Source of the DNA: Oculina patagonica
Taxonomy: Eukaryota
Direction: 5' to 3'
DNA: 64,000 nt
Assembly (NCBI RefSeq): GCF_052425735.1
Contig: NC_135760.1
Location: forward strand, 10,726,001 to 10,790,000
Every line of letters starts with the position of its first letter. The stretch's first letter is position 1. Both the position numbers and the translations under genes were made by a program. The notes beneath the pieces are model-generated. The model ran no database searches, had not been told where the DNA came from, and saw only the letters and a program-made list of their open reading frames with translations. Of this stretch, positions 35,401-49,739 are shown piece after piece.

Positions 35401-37431
35401 GCTGATAACCTTTGTAAGCTTTTGGTGTTATTCATTTCTGGTCTTTTAACTTACATTTAAATCGTGCACATTTAAATCATTTGCGCAACTTTGCGAATCA
35501 ATCGTGCATTTCAAAAGACCTGATTGATTGCTGCATGGTAATATGGTATGGTATAAATTTGCGTTAAGTTTTAAGTTGTTTCGTCCCGTAAATTGCTCAG
35601 TTTTGCTATCAGAGGCATATGTACTGAAGGGCCTTATATTTCACTTAATTAAGGGTATTTTTATTGTCATTTTCCAGCGAAGAATGAGCGACTTTAAAGC
35701 TTTATAAAATGTCATAAATTGCTCATAAATAAAATCTATAAAATGTGGTTGTCATATGCCAACGGATCAGCACTGTTTAACAGATAACCTTCGTGACCTT
35801 TCAGTAAAGTGTTTTATTTTCGGATTAAAGTATTTCAAACCTTTTTCGCTACGATTTAAACACTTGTAGACCACACGTTTCACTGATTTAAAACTGACAT
35901 TTTTGGAACCAGGCCTGTTTGATAGTTTTTGCAATTCCTCGTTGTAAACTTGCGTGATCCAGCGGCAGTTAAAACCCGGGGTAAAGTTTAGCAATCTTGT
36001 GCATTCCACAGACGTGAAGACCATAAAATCGAGAAATCAACACGAGACACGAAAACGACATCACAAGAAAATTCGTATTTGTATATTTAACTATGATGGT
36101 ATTAAAGGCGAAATAGCGCGAGACGTACAAGTCGTACACGCTTTTAATTTCCTTATTAACAAATTTCGCCTCACAAGTTTGCCAAGCTTTCTTCAGTTAG
36201 TAGTGTCGAACAGTATGTCACGATTATTAAAATTGTCAGTTCAATACATTGTTGCATTTAGTTCATAATTTGAAAACTAGGCAATAATGTGCTAGTGTTG
36301 AAAGAAAATGGTAACATTACACGAGAATAGACGACAAGCAAACTAACAGCAAAACTAATTACTGTGTACTCACTATTAGAGCCACTTCTTTCCGGAGTCA
36401 AGCTCCGTCGCTTCGGCCAACAGAATGTCATGGCAGCTTTTGTACAAACTGTTGCCCACTGGCCGCCAAAATCTGAGAACTGTATCTTTCGGAAACTCTC
36501 GTAACTCAGAAAGAAAACGGAATAAACATCTCCCTGTAAATGATTATAGAATAAAGTTCTCTGCAATTCTTCGAGCTTTCCAGAAGGGCTTAAAATTTTG
36601 ATATGGCATCAACGTTATATCGCGAGCGTGTCTGAACTGCTCGAAGACAAATATTTCATTGACAGCTCATTGCTGAGTGGGTGTTTTTTCTGTCACGCCG
36701 TATTTGTTGATAAACACTTCAAAGCTCAGTCAGTAGAAGCCTTCGACTCTTTGGGAGGAGAGGGTGGATTTTACATTGAGCGAATTCGCAGGTTTCGAAA
36801 AAACAGCGGAGCGCAGATAAGTTGCGAATCTTGACCGGATTTCGGACTAGTTCGGATCGTAGATACCGTCAGTCTTCGTCGGTATGTTAATGTTGGCGAA
36901 GTTGTCGTAAAACAAGCAATGTAACAAAACTTCGTAAAACATTGGTATAAAAACTACATCTACCGTCCGTTGAAGTGAAACTATACCACACAAAGTTTTC
37001 AAGTAAATATGCGGATTTGAATTTGAACGATAATGGAGGATTGACTGATTTTGGCAAAAGTAGCACCCCTCTTCCCACCTCCTTTGGCGAAGGGAGTTCA
37101 CGGCAGTTAATCAAGTATCATGTTTCAGTACAGTTATATACAGTGAGTAAGAAGACTTGCCTCATTATTGTAACTAAAACAAAATAATCCTGTCTTGTAA
37201 TAGAGTGGCAAGCTGTCTTTGCTCAGTACTTTTTCCTGTGCTAAAGTTTACCAAAACTACCTTATGGTTTTGTCAAATTTCAGGCTTAATTTTAATTATT
37301 ATCACACTCAAAGTTTAACAATTTGAAAAAAATACAACTCGACAAAGTAACTGCTTTTAAAGAAAGGTTTATTGTCAAAAAAATATTACATTAGAAAAAG
37401 AACTAAAATACTAATAACACAGTTAAATAAC

Positions 37432-37532
37432 CAACCTCATTCCCAGGGTCTCTCTCCCCTCAGAGTGTCTCTCCATGCTGCTTCTCTCGCTCTGGGAGGC
37501 AGGGAGAGAGAGAGACCTTGGGAACGAGGTTG
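37432..37532. mobile_element. MITE with 9-bp TSD
   Basis: caacctcattcccagggtc / gaccttgggaacgaggttg; TSD ttaaataac at 37423-37431 and 37533-37541. Confidence 0.85.
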
Positions 37533-38389
37533 TTAAATAACTAATTATTACATTGTAACCTCTTTATAAGCTGAAACAAAGAAAATTTCTCAACGCAAAT
37601 TACAAGTTGTATGTTAGTCGTATGTTATACGTTACATATAATAAAGGCATGAAAATGCGCCCGGCCCTTTGCAATTGGTCCTTGCAGTCATGAATACCTA
37701 TCCACGAATAAAGACATAGACATAGACATAGTTTATTTACAAACGAAGAGTTCAGAACTCGTATCTCGTTAAAACGCTCTCGTGAAAAAAAAAGTTTAAA
37801 ATTACACAATTTTAAACCTTTTTAAAGGTTAAAACCGTTAAAACCTTTCTTTTTTAAACCATTTTTAAACAAAAAAGGTTTAAAGTGTATATACGTACAA
37901 AATTTGATTATCATATGAATAAAAAGAAATGTATGAAATGTATTCTGAATATGAATAATTATACTGAATAAAGTCAATTCGTTGAGTGCGAAGGCGGGGT
38001 CCAGGAACCCAAACCCCGCCTCAAACCAAACCAAACTTTAATTTGCCACTTTATCATTATATGGGACTGCAGATTACGGACATATTTTAAAAAATTACAA
38101 AATATCTATTTATCCCTTAAAACCGCATCCTATAATTGGAATATAACACAAACCCATATTGTAATCGTAAATGTAAACAATTTTTTACTGAACCAAATTG
38201 TTTCTAACACTCCTTTAAGACTAAATCTAAATCATTGCGATTATTTCCCGACTATTAACAAAAGACAATAACCCACACAGTTAATAAAAACATGTATTTC
38301 CCTTTGGTCAACGGTAACTCGCGCGACCTTAGTAAGCACCTGCAGTGCTTTCTGGTAAATACGTTATTAGTCCGGCTTGTTCAGTTGAT

Positions 38390-41300
38390 CTAAAGAAACG
38401 ACTCCAGTTTATTATAAGTTTCATTTGCTGCTTGATTATTATGACTGTTCACCACTGCTTCATCGCTCAACTCGTCCCTGGGGTTCCTGTGGCGTTTACA
38501 GCAGTATATCTTGTAGTCCTCTTTCCAGAGCTCTGCTTCCTCCACGGTCTGGGGCATGGGACTGTAAAGCGTCTCTGGCAACCAGAGAGCCATGACGCCC
38601 GCGATAATTCCCGCAATGCCAAAAATGACAAGCGGCATTGTTTTGCTCATGCTCGGAAGATCAGCCTGGAAAGAAAAACAAACTGTGTTTAAAGGAGCTA
38701 CGTCATGGACAACCCATCTTGAAAAAACTTGCCAGTTTTTTCAAGTTTGAAAAGCCCTGAGAACGAGGTTGTCATAATCCGTCTTTAATTTCCGTCTGTC
38801 GAAACCACCCTTGGTTATTTTCGCGTTATTATTACTCATGTTGTTCTTAGGGAAACTGCCATATACTATACATCAATAGAAAGGTTTTGAACTGTAAAAT
38901 TCGAAAAAATATATTTGCTGCTTTGGTTGTGCCTGTCTTGAGAGGAAGGAAGTCAGTAGACTGAAAACAACCGAGTGTCATTCCACAGGGTTAATCGGGT
39001 ATTAAACGCAGCCAGGATCAGGGCGGTGCAGTCACTAAATTACTTTCACAAAATAACAGTTTTCCAAGGTGCTAAAACACCAAAAAAGTAATAACCAACC
39101 CAAAGAAAACGAGAATGGTTACTACTCAAGAAGATTTACACAGATAACGAAAGACAGCCTTCAACAAAACTGGCCATTTTTTTCGCCATAGCTAGCCCCT
39201 TTTAATGTCCCTGCTGAGAACTGAAATGATACCAACCAGTATCACAATGTATGGCGTTATAATGCTGCCAAAACGAGCCATCATAGAGCACACACCAATC
39301 CCGGTGTTCCTGTAACCAAAAAATAAACAAAGTCAAAGTTGTTAATAATTTTGTAAAAAATGGTAAAGTCTGTTTCCGAGCCAAGTGGCCCATGCAGCCG
39401 GAGCTTATCCCGGTTTCCGAAGCATTAAGCGACTGAGAGTATTGCTACTCCCCCCTGGATGAGATGCCAGTCCATCGCAGGAATTACTCCCCAGCAGTAA
39501 ATTCGCCGGTACCCATTTATACACCTGGGTGGAGAGAGGCACTGTGAGAGTAAAGTGTCTTTCCCAAGAACACAACGCAGCGCCCCGGCCAGGACTCGAA
39601 CCCGGGCCGTTCGACTCGCGCCTCCACAATTTTGAAAAAGCAAGAGTACAAATAAAGTTGTTGTTGTTGTTATCGTGCGTTTTAATACCTGTCATAAATT
39701 GTAAGAAATACAATCGCGATTTTTTAGCAACACAGCTATCGGGAATTGAAGTAACAAGTTTTTGCAACTTGTAAATACTCGACTGAGTTGTCGTTAACTG
39801 TAACAACGCATTGACAAAAAAAATAATAAGCGCCGCGGCGCTTTTGCGAGTAAATAAGGTGCTGTTAATTCTCTAGTGCAGTACTTATCTTCACCTGATA
39901 ACAGTAGGGTATAGTTCAACGGTGAAACAGTAAATTCCCAGGAAGGTTGCAAAGATGCAGGCTTTACCAATAACAGCAAGTATTGTAATGATGAAACGAT
40001 ATTCTACGAGACAACAAAAGTGTGTTAGTACAGCATTTGCGATAAAAAGTCTTTTCTTCTTAATCATCATCATCATTATTATTATTATTATCCTCATCAT
40101 CATTGTCATCTGTACTTTTCGCGCCACGGTGTCGCATGACGCGCGAACTAATGTCTTCTAGTGTGGCAAGTGGCTACTGACTGCACCTTACTTCAAGTCT
40201 TCCAACCGAAATCGTCCTTTTCCTTTTCTATCATTTTCCTCCACGTGTCCTCTTTTTTTTTTACTTTTATTTTATAATTAAAAAAGACGGTTCACTCTCA
40301 GTTTCTATCAGCTGACAGTAGGCGACGGACGAAGCCCCGAACCAAGTAACAAGCCGTTAGAAACAGATCGAGCAGCCGTCTAATTGTTTTATCATAACCC
40401 AGGGACAGCCAGGGACCGATCAAAAAAAGTTCAGTGAAAGTGGGATTTTTATAGTTTTGGTGTGTGTTTTCTCCAATTTTACTTCCGCGAAATTTATCTA
40501 TCTATCTATCGAAATTAAGACCACCGTTGCGTAGCCAATCAGATTGCGATTAAAGACGCAGGACTACAGGAATCGACATGATCGGGTATTCAGGGCCACA
40601 ATGAAAACTACTGGGACACCAGTAATTGTGTTACCCTTCAAAAAGTCGGTTTTTTTTAAGCTTGATGCTACAGCCACTGGCAAACTAGCTGGAAAATTCC
40701 CCCAGAATTTCACTTTCCTTTTACAAACATCGCTTTATTGAAAAAACAAATGTATAACTGCCTTTCCAACCTCAAGTTGTTGCTTACAGGTTTAAATGTT
40801 TTCAAGTGAAATAATTGTAAATTTATCGTACAAATAAACCATCGGTTGTTGTCATCGTCATCGTTGTTGTTTATGTTTTTGCAATATTATCCCAAATTCA
40901 AATTCAGACAGCATTTATACGGGGAAAAGGAGGAAACGTATTTCACCTTTTTTTGCACATGACTGTAGAAACATCGAAATGTTTCGTCCGTTAGCTTTTG
41001 TATTTGTTATTATTAAAGTAAAGATAAAAGTGAATTTTTTTACAACAAATGCCAAGCTTTTCCTGACCTTCACCAGCGGGAACAGCGAGTACCAACATTC
41101 CAGCCACCCCTCCAGTAATCATGTAACAAGCATAGGGAATACGGCGGCCGAACCTAATTACCAAGAACACAGTTAATATAACGATGAGTTCAATTAAGAT
41201 AAAACGATGTTTACATCGTTTGTTGATGCTAAAAATTCTCAACAATAGACAAATATATACTTGTAATTTCAATTCACCTGAAAATCAAAGTAGCATGTAA

Positions 41301-44300
41301 TGGCCCAGGGGAAGGCCCCCATACGAAAGATACTTGCTGATTTAAGGAATACCCACGGGGTGAGCTTCCCCTTATATAGGCCACATAGCTATGTGTGGCA
41401 AAGGAGATTTTTACCATTTTGACTTGAAAAATGGTATGGTTTGTGCGCTCTGGTAAGTCTGCTCAGCAAATTTTGGAATAAACTATTTCCATAGTTGTTT
41501 TTATGCACTCCTTGAGAAGTGCAATTTAAAAATGTTGGGAATTTGAGACCCTTAACAGATTGCTAAGCAAACTGAAGCAGGTCCTTTGTTCAAGCTTAGT
41601 TCCTTGCCCCCGGGTGGTGGATAGGGCCAGAAATTAATGTTTTCCCTTTGTCTCTGTTCTTGGTCACAGCTGCTGCTGCGGCCCATGATGTTAGTCCCAT
41701 CTCAGCGCGTTCCCTTTCTACTGTTCTCCCCATGTTTCCCTCGACCGTCCTCGTTTTCTCTCCCCGCTTGGTGCCCAGTTTCTGGGTTTCGGTTTGGTGC
41801 CATACGCAGAACATGACCTACCCACGTCCATCGCCTGCGTCGTACTTGTGTCCTTTGCACAATCTCGTCGATGTTTGGGCCAGGTCTAAAATTGGGTGGG
41901 GGAAATCGCATATTCTGGTTTGAAATTGGGTAAGGGTTTCTTGCGGCGTGCCGCACACCCCCACCCAAATTTTTCGAGAGTAGCCCCCCCCCCCCCCCCC
42001 CGTCGGAGGAAATACCTTGTCATGAGGAACCAGAGAAACACAGCTCCTGGCACTTCCACAATAGACAGGAAAAAGAAGTTAAGATACATGTTGCCAGCCA
42101 AGTTTCCAACGTTCAAGCTAATTCCAAAATAAACCAAGCCATTTACAAACCTGCGAGAAAAAACGTAATTAAGAAAAGATCAGCTTTCAGTACAGAACTT
42201 CAGTGGTTCATCAGTGACCTTGACTGTAGAATATTGCATTAGCTAAGTGTATTGTATTGCGTTACACAGCGTTACTATTGTAAGGACATTTCCCATTACT
42301 CAATCGTATATTGTAAAATCACTTTCCTTAGTAAGAGTAAAATAACTAATCACGACTGAGATCATGAAGAGAATATACAGTGGAACTCTGGTAACTCGAA
42401 CTCTAAAGGGAAAAGAAAAACTGTTCGAGTTAGCGGGGTTCTACTGTTGGTTACTGAATAAAGCTCAGTTGAGTTAGAGCACCACGCTCCATTTCGATAC
42501 ATTGACTTATACACCCGTTCCTCTTCCCTCCGCAGAGGCCTCTTTCGTGTTCCGTATGGGCTGAGAAATGGGGAGAGGTGAAAGGTAAGCGCGCGGAGCC
42601 TGGAGAGAATCGAAACGAAAGTGCGCGTGGGACACTGGGAAGGGAAAAGGAAAGGCTTCGCTCTTCCCGTCGTTCCCCGCGCTCCCCCTATTTTTCATTT
42701 TTCGTGTTTTTCGCCTTCCTCCCCCCCCCCCCCCCCCCCCCGCGTATTTCACCTTCCCCCACTAAAGGAGTCTCTGCGGAGGAGAGAGCACCTGTTCTGT
42801 TTCTCAAAGCCAATCCCGTTTCCCTTTTTGGTCGCGTCCGTGTTCGCTTAGCTGTCTTTTTGTCCATAAAAAATAAAAACTCCACGCAACCGTGAGGCAA
42901 GTTCTGCAAGATGCTCATGAAAGAGAAGAAGGTTGTTCGCAATTCAGCCGAAAACTGAGCGAGAAATGCAACTCGTGTCGAGTAATAACTAAGGCTTACC
43001 ACAAGATGCTCGGCAACGTTTCTGCAACTTTTCATATTTCGAGCAACCTTTTTTCCTTTCGAGCAACTTGTTGCATTTTGGCAATTTCTAGACCGAAGAT
43101 CTCCGAAGATTGTGCGAGTGTTGCTCGATTTTCGCTTTCTTTATCCTTAAATAGGGTCAGGGTTTAGGAACCTTCGCGGCACACCCCTATCAGAAATTTA
43201 TGGGAGTACCGCTCCCGGGGGGTTCACCGCGCCTCCCCTCTAGTAATTGTACTTACCAGTTAAATCCACAAATGATAGTTCTTTTCCTGAGCTTGGGAGT
43301 TTTTACCATGTCTAGGATTCCAGCAGAGTTATTCTTCTTCTCATTCCGGTTTCTAACCTCTTCCTTTTTGAACTCCTGTATTGCGTGTTTGAGCTGCGAC
43401 GATTCAATGGCCACGCCGTTATTTTTGGCGAACTTCATGAGTAACTCATGAGCCTCGTCAAGACGATCTTTAGCAATCAACCAGCGTGGAGACTCTGGTA
43501 TCAACCTTGCAGACAAAACACTCATGTCCAAGATTGAAGGCAACTACGAAATTTACGAAGGAAAATTTCGATTTTTCGCTGTGGTCTTACGAAATCTGCG
43601 AAAATGACAAAAATAACGAAATTTCGTAATTTTCGTAAGCCCACAGCAAAAAAATTGTAATTTTCGTAAATTTAGCAGTTGCGTTCAATCCTGGACATAT
43701 CTCAGACAAAAATAAATTGTCTTGTTAAAGGTTTAAATGCCTTTTCTCTGTTAGCCGAAAGCCTGTTCGCAGACTATTCCTTTGTTGTTTTTCTAAGTAA
43801 CGTAGTTTAAAAAATGGTTGGCAAAGGCAACCCTCTTTTAGGACTTTTAGCAATGAAAAATATAAAGCCCCAGGGGCGGAAAAAATTATTTTTCTCCCCT
43901 CCGTAACTCCCTTCATTCACTTCAGACTTATTCCATTCCCGCTACTTCCTGGATGGTTGGCTCGCTGGCAAAACACAGGCATGGCAACGGCAAGGCAAAC
44001 AACAGTAGCTCGACTTCTAGCTCGTCTCTCCCGCGGCTGTACTAAAAGAATATCGCGCTCGGTCACTATTGCTTCGCTCGGGCCGTACGTAAAAACGGGA
44101 CGACCTCGCAGGCGATATTTCTCCAGCACGGCCCTCGCGCTCCTTTAAAATAAGAAGTAAATACAACACAGACAAGAAAGTTATCAGATTTTCTTACCAC
44201 CAACAGAGAAGTAATGGTGTCCCAGGCAAAGACACAGCCAACATCAGATATCTCCAGTCGCGAATTAAATAAGCCAAAAGAGAGAGTATAGAAAAACCAA

Positions 44301-47163
44301 CACTGACAAAGATGTTGTTGATGAACCCTCCAGCTGTCCGGTTGGTAAGATGCACGATTTCCAGGCAGAAAACAAATCGAGAAAGAAGGCAGCCGGCCGT
44401 GGCTATACCCGCTACAAAACGGAACAGAGTGAACAGAGAGAGGCAATCTGCCACACCAGAGACTGTTCCAAAAGCTGCCTGAAAAATAACACACAGGTAA
44501 GCCTTATTAGCATTCAATATATTTTTTCTTCCTTTCATTGGCTGAGAGCACATCACGTGATCTGCAGCTAACTGCCTACACTGGAAATAACAAAAATATA
44601 CGGAATTTGGCTTTCGCAGAAAGTTCGAATTCGAGCAATAAGTGCAAAAATTAATTACCAAAAGCTACCATTTAAAACATCTCACTGTGATCCATTTCTC
44701 TGAGTGACCCCGCTATTAAATTCAAAAGTATTCCCGAGAAAGTTAATGTCAAACCTCGTAAAAAAAGCTAAAAAAAAAGCGTGTTATTTTGTTTTGAACT
44801 GACATGAAACGTCGGTTTTAACTAAAATATGGATAACTTTAAATTCGTTTTTCTCTGGCAGGGTCTGCTTGAAAGCTCTGCTAAAGTTTCGACAAGTTCT
44901 TCTCAAGACTGTAACAATGCTATGAGCTTTTTTAGGTAACTTTATTTTTGCCTTTATTCCTCGAATGATTAGCGAAAACCGTCTTTAGTTTGCTTTGACT
45001 GATAAAGCTACTGAGGAAAATTTTGATTTCTACATCAACAAATGCAACTTTGAAGCCAACACGCTAAGCGTGCGAAGCCGCACGTGACTAAATCACTTGG
45101 GGGGTGGGCGCGAGTTTTTTTTTGTTGCCAATACCAGAGCGTAGTAAAGCAATCCAGAATTGCTTTCGACACTCAACTAAAATTCGCTCTGTGACATTAA
45201 AGGGACTGTGTCCCGGCTGAGTTAAAGTTCATTTTAATGACAAAACCATAGCTTCATTGCAACCAAATGTGTTTCCCAGGCGTTATAAGTTTAAGAATTT
45301 TCAAGCAAACGAAAATAACTTTGAAAACGTTTAGCACAACAATATTTCAAAACCCATAACGCAATCCGTTTCAATCTTCGTCACTTTTGGCCATCCGTAC
45401 CTTCTTTTAAATCAGTTTGCTGTGTTGTTGAGATGTTCCTTTACTGTTTTAAGAGATATTTTTATATTTCACAGATTTTTTTTGGCCATTTCCAAAGACT
45501 AAATTTGGCTAAAATCCGTGACACAGTCCCTTTAAATAAGTACTCACCAACAAAAAGATGCTAAGAAAAACAATGATTTTGCGACCAAAGTGATCGGACA
45601 GGGCACCGGCAGCAGCAGATCCTATCAGCAGACCCGCCATGTAAACTGACTGTGTCATGGCCTTCAGAGAACTTCTATCGCATACCAGTCCCCACTGAAA
45701 TAAAAATAACAAGGAGAAACGCAAGAAACAAAGACATCGTCAGGGGGCGAAGACAGCTTTTTGAAGAGCTGTAGGACTGGGCAACTGGCCCACTGGTAGG
45801 ACTGTTAGAGCCGCTTCGGGGCGGTGCGCGGCGGGGGGGGGGGGGGGGGTTGAGTCCGAGGAATATGCTTCCCCGGGAAATATTTCAGTTAAAGACCCTA
45901 AAAATGATTTCTTCTTTGCTTCACTGGTCATTTTGTGAGTATTTCGACCACACCTAAATCCTGACATTACATAACAGAGAATTGTAAAATAAAAACTAGC
46001 GAAATCCGTAGCCAATGTTTCGCCGTGCTCATTAAACAAAATTGTAGGTATAAAACTTGAGCGCTATGCTCTACGTAAAAAGTTCTGTACGAATGGAGTC
46101 GCCGAGAACCAAACTTTTAGGGATGATAGACTATGCTTGTTTGCCAGATTTGTAGATGCAACGCAAGTTAAGGTGAAACTCACTTTCCCTTTTAATTTTA
46201 AATGATGGTGCCAGGTCAAGTGTAAAATCGCCCTAAAAAATGCGATATATTCTAGAATACCCAGCCACTTCATTTACATGTGTCGTAACGCTTCAAAGAA
46301 CGAAGCATAACACAATTGGCACTTTTGTTATTCAATGAGATGCAAAAACAATGGCTGGGTATTCAAGAATGTAGCCCAATATTCGATGTTTTCGAGGCTT
46401 CAACTTCACAATATTTATATCTTTGTTTGAGGTACGGAAAGCCGTGCAGTATATCAATTAACTGCACACATAAAAAAGACGGTTATTTGCAAATCTTGTA
46501 TAAAAGCAAAACATAGTGGCCTGTGTGTTAAGTCTCGAAAAGCCGCCCTTTGTCTCGTTAGCTGTTTTGCAGTCTAGTTTAATGTAGTATATAAAACACT
46601 GGAGAATTATTTCATTACATTTCCAAACTCTAAGAAGAGAGTTGACAATATGAAAATGTGCTCAAACACTCTCTCGTGTGTTTGATATGTGTCCTCAATC
46701 GAAACTAAAACTACGGAGAAAACGGAGAAATAAAATCGTAAAAATCTGATAAGTCACAGATATTTAAACTACGGTCACGGTGCTGGGTTCCTTTGTTTTA
46801 ACTAGATGAATTATTATGAGTTTGCAAAGAATATTTTGAAGTGGAGCCTTTTAACCTCACCTCAGTTACCGCGCTTGTGAGCGGGCCATCGTTGAATTCG
46901 TATTTGGTGCAGCCGTCACAGCATCCTGAACAAGTGTCGTTGCTGAGTGATGAAAAAGAGACACAGGAAAACTTCGGAGTGGCACCGTAGAATACTTGAA
47001 CAAGTTGCTGCAAGCCGATCGGTATTGACATCAAGCACATGAAGGCGTACAGGCCAACAGTATACCGACCAAATCCACCAACCATGATCAAAATATCGTC
47101 AAATTCGTACGATTTCTTTGAGGTCTGTCTCTCGGCTTCTGGGGTTTCTTGTGAACTCGACAT
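38390..47163 (-). CDS. SLC22-family organic cation/ion transporter (MFS), 552 aa
   Basis: Nine exons: 46861-47163, 45548-45694, 44198-44478, 43257-43505, 42016-42150, 41068-41153, 39895-40003, 39237-39309, 38390-38665 (1659 nt). Motifs FDDIL..VGGFGRY, VTEWGLVCD, LSDHFGRK, PESPRWL, RFGRR, ELYPTVIRNTG, LPET. Confidence 0.95.
39362..39627 (-). mobile_element. tRNA-derived SINE in an SLC22 intron
   Basis: Minus strand has a B-box-like ggttcgagtcc followed by the body shared with the other in-window copies. Confidence 0.7.
41596..41878 (-). mobile_element. RTE-clade LINE 3' fragment
   Basis: Frameshifted translation includes VRRRRWTWVGHVLRM, typical of the RTE ORF C-terminus. Shorter RTE-like tails with (GAT)n at ~4097-4150 and ~40060-40190. 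Confidence 0.7.
45199..45533. mobile_element. MITE with TTAA/TAAA-flanked AAAGGGAC termini
   Basis: aaagggactgtgtc / gacacagtcccttt; relatives at ~25453-25849 and ~59168-59567. Confidence 0.7.
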
Positions 47164-47261
47164 GATGGTTTTCGTTCAACAGGGAGTAACTGTCCTGGAT
47201 CACTTGCTCAGAATGAAGTTGTGAAGTTATTGAATTTCTAGCTTCTATTGGTCTTTTTTTC

Positions 47262-47269
47262 TGACGTCA
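47262..47269. promoter_or_regulatory. Palindromic CRE (TGACGTCA) about 100 bp upstream of the SLC22 start
   Basis: ctgacgtcat at 47261-47270; SLC22 ATG at 47163 on the minus strand. Confidence 0.4.
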
Positions 47270-47379
47270 TAAAAACCGCCCTTCTTTTCAAATACCGAAT
47301 TTTTTTCAATTGAACGCCTGGTTTACAATTACTTTATGGTCAGGCAACATATAATCATCCTACCAAAAAATGCTATATT

Positions 47380-47430
47380 CGAATTCAAAGAACAAGAAGA
47401 TTGACAGATGACGAAAAACAGATTATGACA

Positions 47431-47467
<37 letters not shown>

Positions 47468-47687
47468 TAAAATAAAATAATAATTTACATATAACAAAAT
47501 ACCTCTGACTAATTAGACTCTGGTAATTAGGGATTTGAGACCTGCCCTAAATGACAATGTTTTCAGCGAAAAACTTAATCTTTATTAGTTTGCACTTTGT
47601 TAATGCAAATTTTTATTTTAATTTTCAATCTTTTTTTGTCATAATATTTTTACGTCATCTGTCAATCTTATTGTTCTTCGAATTAAA
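47380..47687. repeat. ~55-bp inverted repeat pair enclosing an (AAT)n tract, upstream of SLC22
   Basis: aagaacaagaagattgacagatgacg...attatgacaaa versus tttgtcataat...cgtcatctgtcaatcttattgttctt. Confidence 0.75.
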
Positions 47688-47977
47688 ATTAAGTCCTTAC
47701 TTCCATTTCAACGGTCACTTCTGAAAATGCATGTTGAAACATACAAAACATCAAGAAAAAAGGTTTTATTTTTTTTTCAGCAATGCGTTTGTCCGTAATG
47801 TTTATCACCGAAGTTTGCGTCTTACCCTTTTCTACACCATGCCATAGAAAATACGGCCAATCAGAATACAGGAAAGTCGTATATTCGACGGTATTCAACC
47901 CAACTTTACCATCGTGCGCTAGGATCTTATTCTCGACGAAATCGTATTTTCTATGGCATGGTATAAAATAGTTACAC

Positions 47978-48019
47978 AACAATTATTCCACGAGTGCGAG
48001 TTGGATATGAGATGGTAGG

Positions 48020-48051
<32 letters not shown>

Positions 48052-48057
48052 ATAACG

Positions 48058-48091
<34 letters not shown>

Positions 48092-48093
48092 TT
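47978..48093. repeat. ~116-bp hairpin, same core as 20324-20427
   Basis: aacaattattccac...ccaactcggcgctacgcgcctcgttgg...gtggaataattgtt. Confidence 0.8.
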
Positions 48094-49739
48094 TTATTAA
48101 AAACTCCCAAAGAATTGAAATATTTGAGCTCCCCAGCTGATTTTGTTGACGCGTATCGGCTACTATATTTGTGGTGAATGGTATATGAGCTCATATACCA
48201 TTAACTGTTAACCAATCAAAACTCAGGAATTGCAATATACCATTGCTACTTTTTAATAATCCACAGTATACCACGAGAAAGTTTTGCATAACTAGTATAT
48301 ACTCCATTTTTGACAGAAAAGGTGACTCTTTCGTATACCTCAGGTAGAAAATGCCTACAGAAGGTATACTGCATCTTTTTTTTAATTTTCACTTCAGAAC
48401 TGACCCCTTAAAATACCGAAATTAATCGACTTTTCGGGGGGTCTGTTCTGTTGTGAAGGGCCCTTTTATTAAAACACCTGTCGATATAAAATGGACAGTC
48501 CCTATTTCGTTACTGTATTAGTTTATACTTGTCACAAAAATACCCTGACATGCAAATTGTAACACCACAAGTGGTTAAATGACTGCTCCTCCAAATGCAG
48601 GCAAAAGGCGACTTTGGCAACGAAAGAGTTAATCAATGGCCGCCATATTGGAGCCCCCCCCCCCCCCCCCCAAAAAAAAAAAAACAACAAAAAAAACAAA
48701 ACAAAAACAAAAACAAAAAAAAAACATGGCGACTATACACTGACTGATAGCTCAACCTGTCTTATTGTACCATTTGGTTGTTATTGTTCTCTGTTATTCT
48801 CTTGACAGAAAATGTTCAAAACTAGTCGTAATCGAGCATAGACTTGTAAAATGGTATTGATTTTTTTGAGAGGGAGGGGTGGGCTTTTCTTCAAATCACT
48901 TGGGGGAAATCCGCGTCCGTAGGGTACGGTTTTTTTTCACGTGCAAGTGCATTTTTTTTGTTCTGTTTGTTCCACGTTTTCTCAAAATAGCAACCATTAT
49001 AGTAAATGTGATTTTGGAATAACTTTAAAAACTTAAAGGTGCCTTGTTTCAGACGACTTTCAGACTCGTTCCCAGTCGCTCCCGGGGCAGTTTTGATAAG
49101 AACGCACTGCATCAAGGGAAGGCCTTTCCCAGCCTGCTCCGCAAACTCTATATCCTTCTCCCCAGTCTTTCATCACCTTTGAGAACGAATAAGTAGGGAC
49201 TGGGAACGAGCCCGGCCTTGTTTCCTCATTCACAAACTGTCATGATTTATAATCCTGAGAAGGACGTGGGGATGGTGGCTTCCAGAGAAGAGGCTTATGC
49301 AGAGAGGGGCACAAAAAATAGGAACATTGAGTTTCAAAAATTAGAGGCCTTAAGATTAAGGATTGGCCGATATTCGATACCAGCTATTCGAAAAGAATCG
49401 TATCGATATCGTATCGTTTAGAAAAACTCGTATCGGCCCACCCTTTAAGTTTAGAGTACGAGAACGAGATTAAATACTGGAACAACTATTTGAACCTATT
49501 ATTTATGCTGCCATTATAACGTTTCACACAATTCCCGTTTTACGCTAATCTCGCACGATTATCTCCAACTCGAGTGGTCAGAAACATAGGCTCGATTTCC
49601 AGCCGCTTTTCGGGAAAATGAGCCCGCCATCCTCCTCTGGGGAGGAACAAAGACCGGCCTCGAGAAGGCGGCGGAAATCGAAACAGCGAGGAATAAGTGA
49701 CGTAACTAGGTCGAAAATCCAGACTTTCCTTCAAAGACC

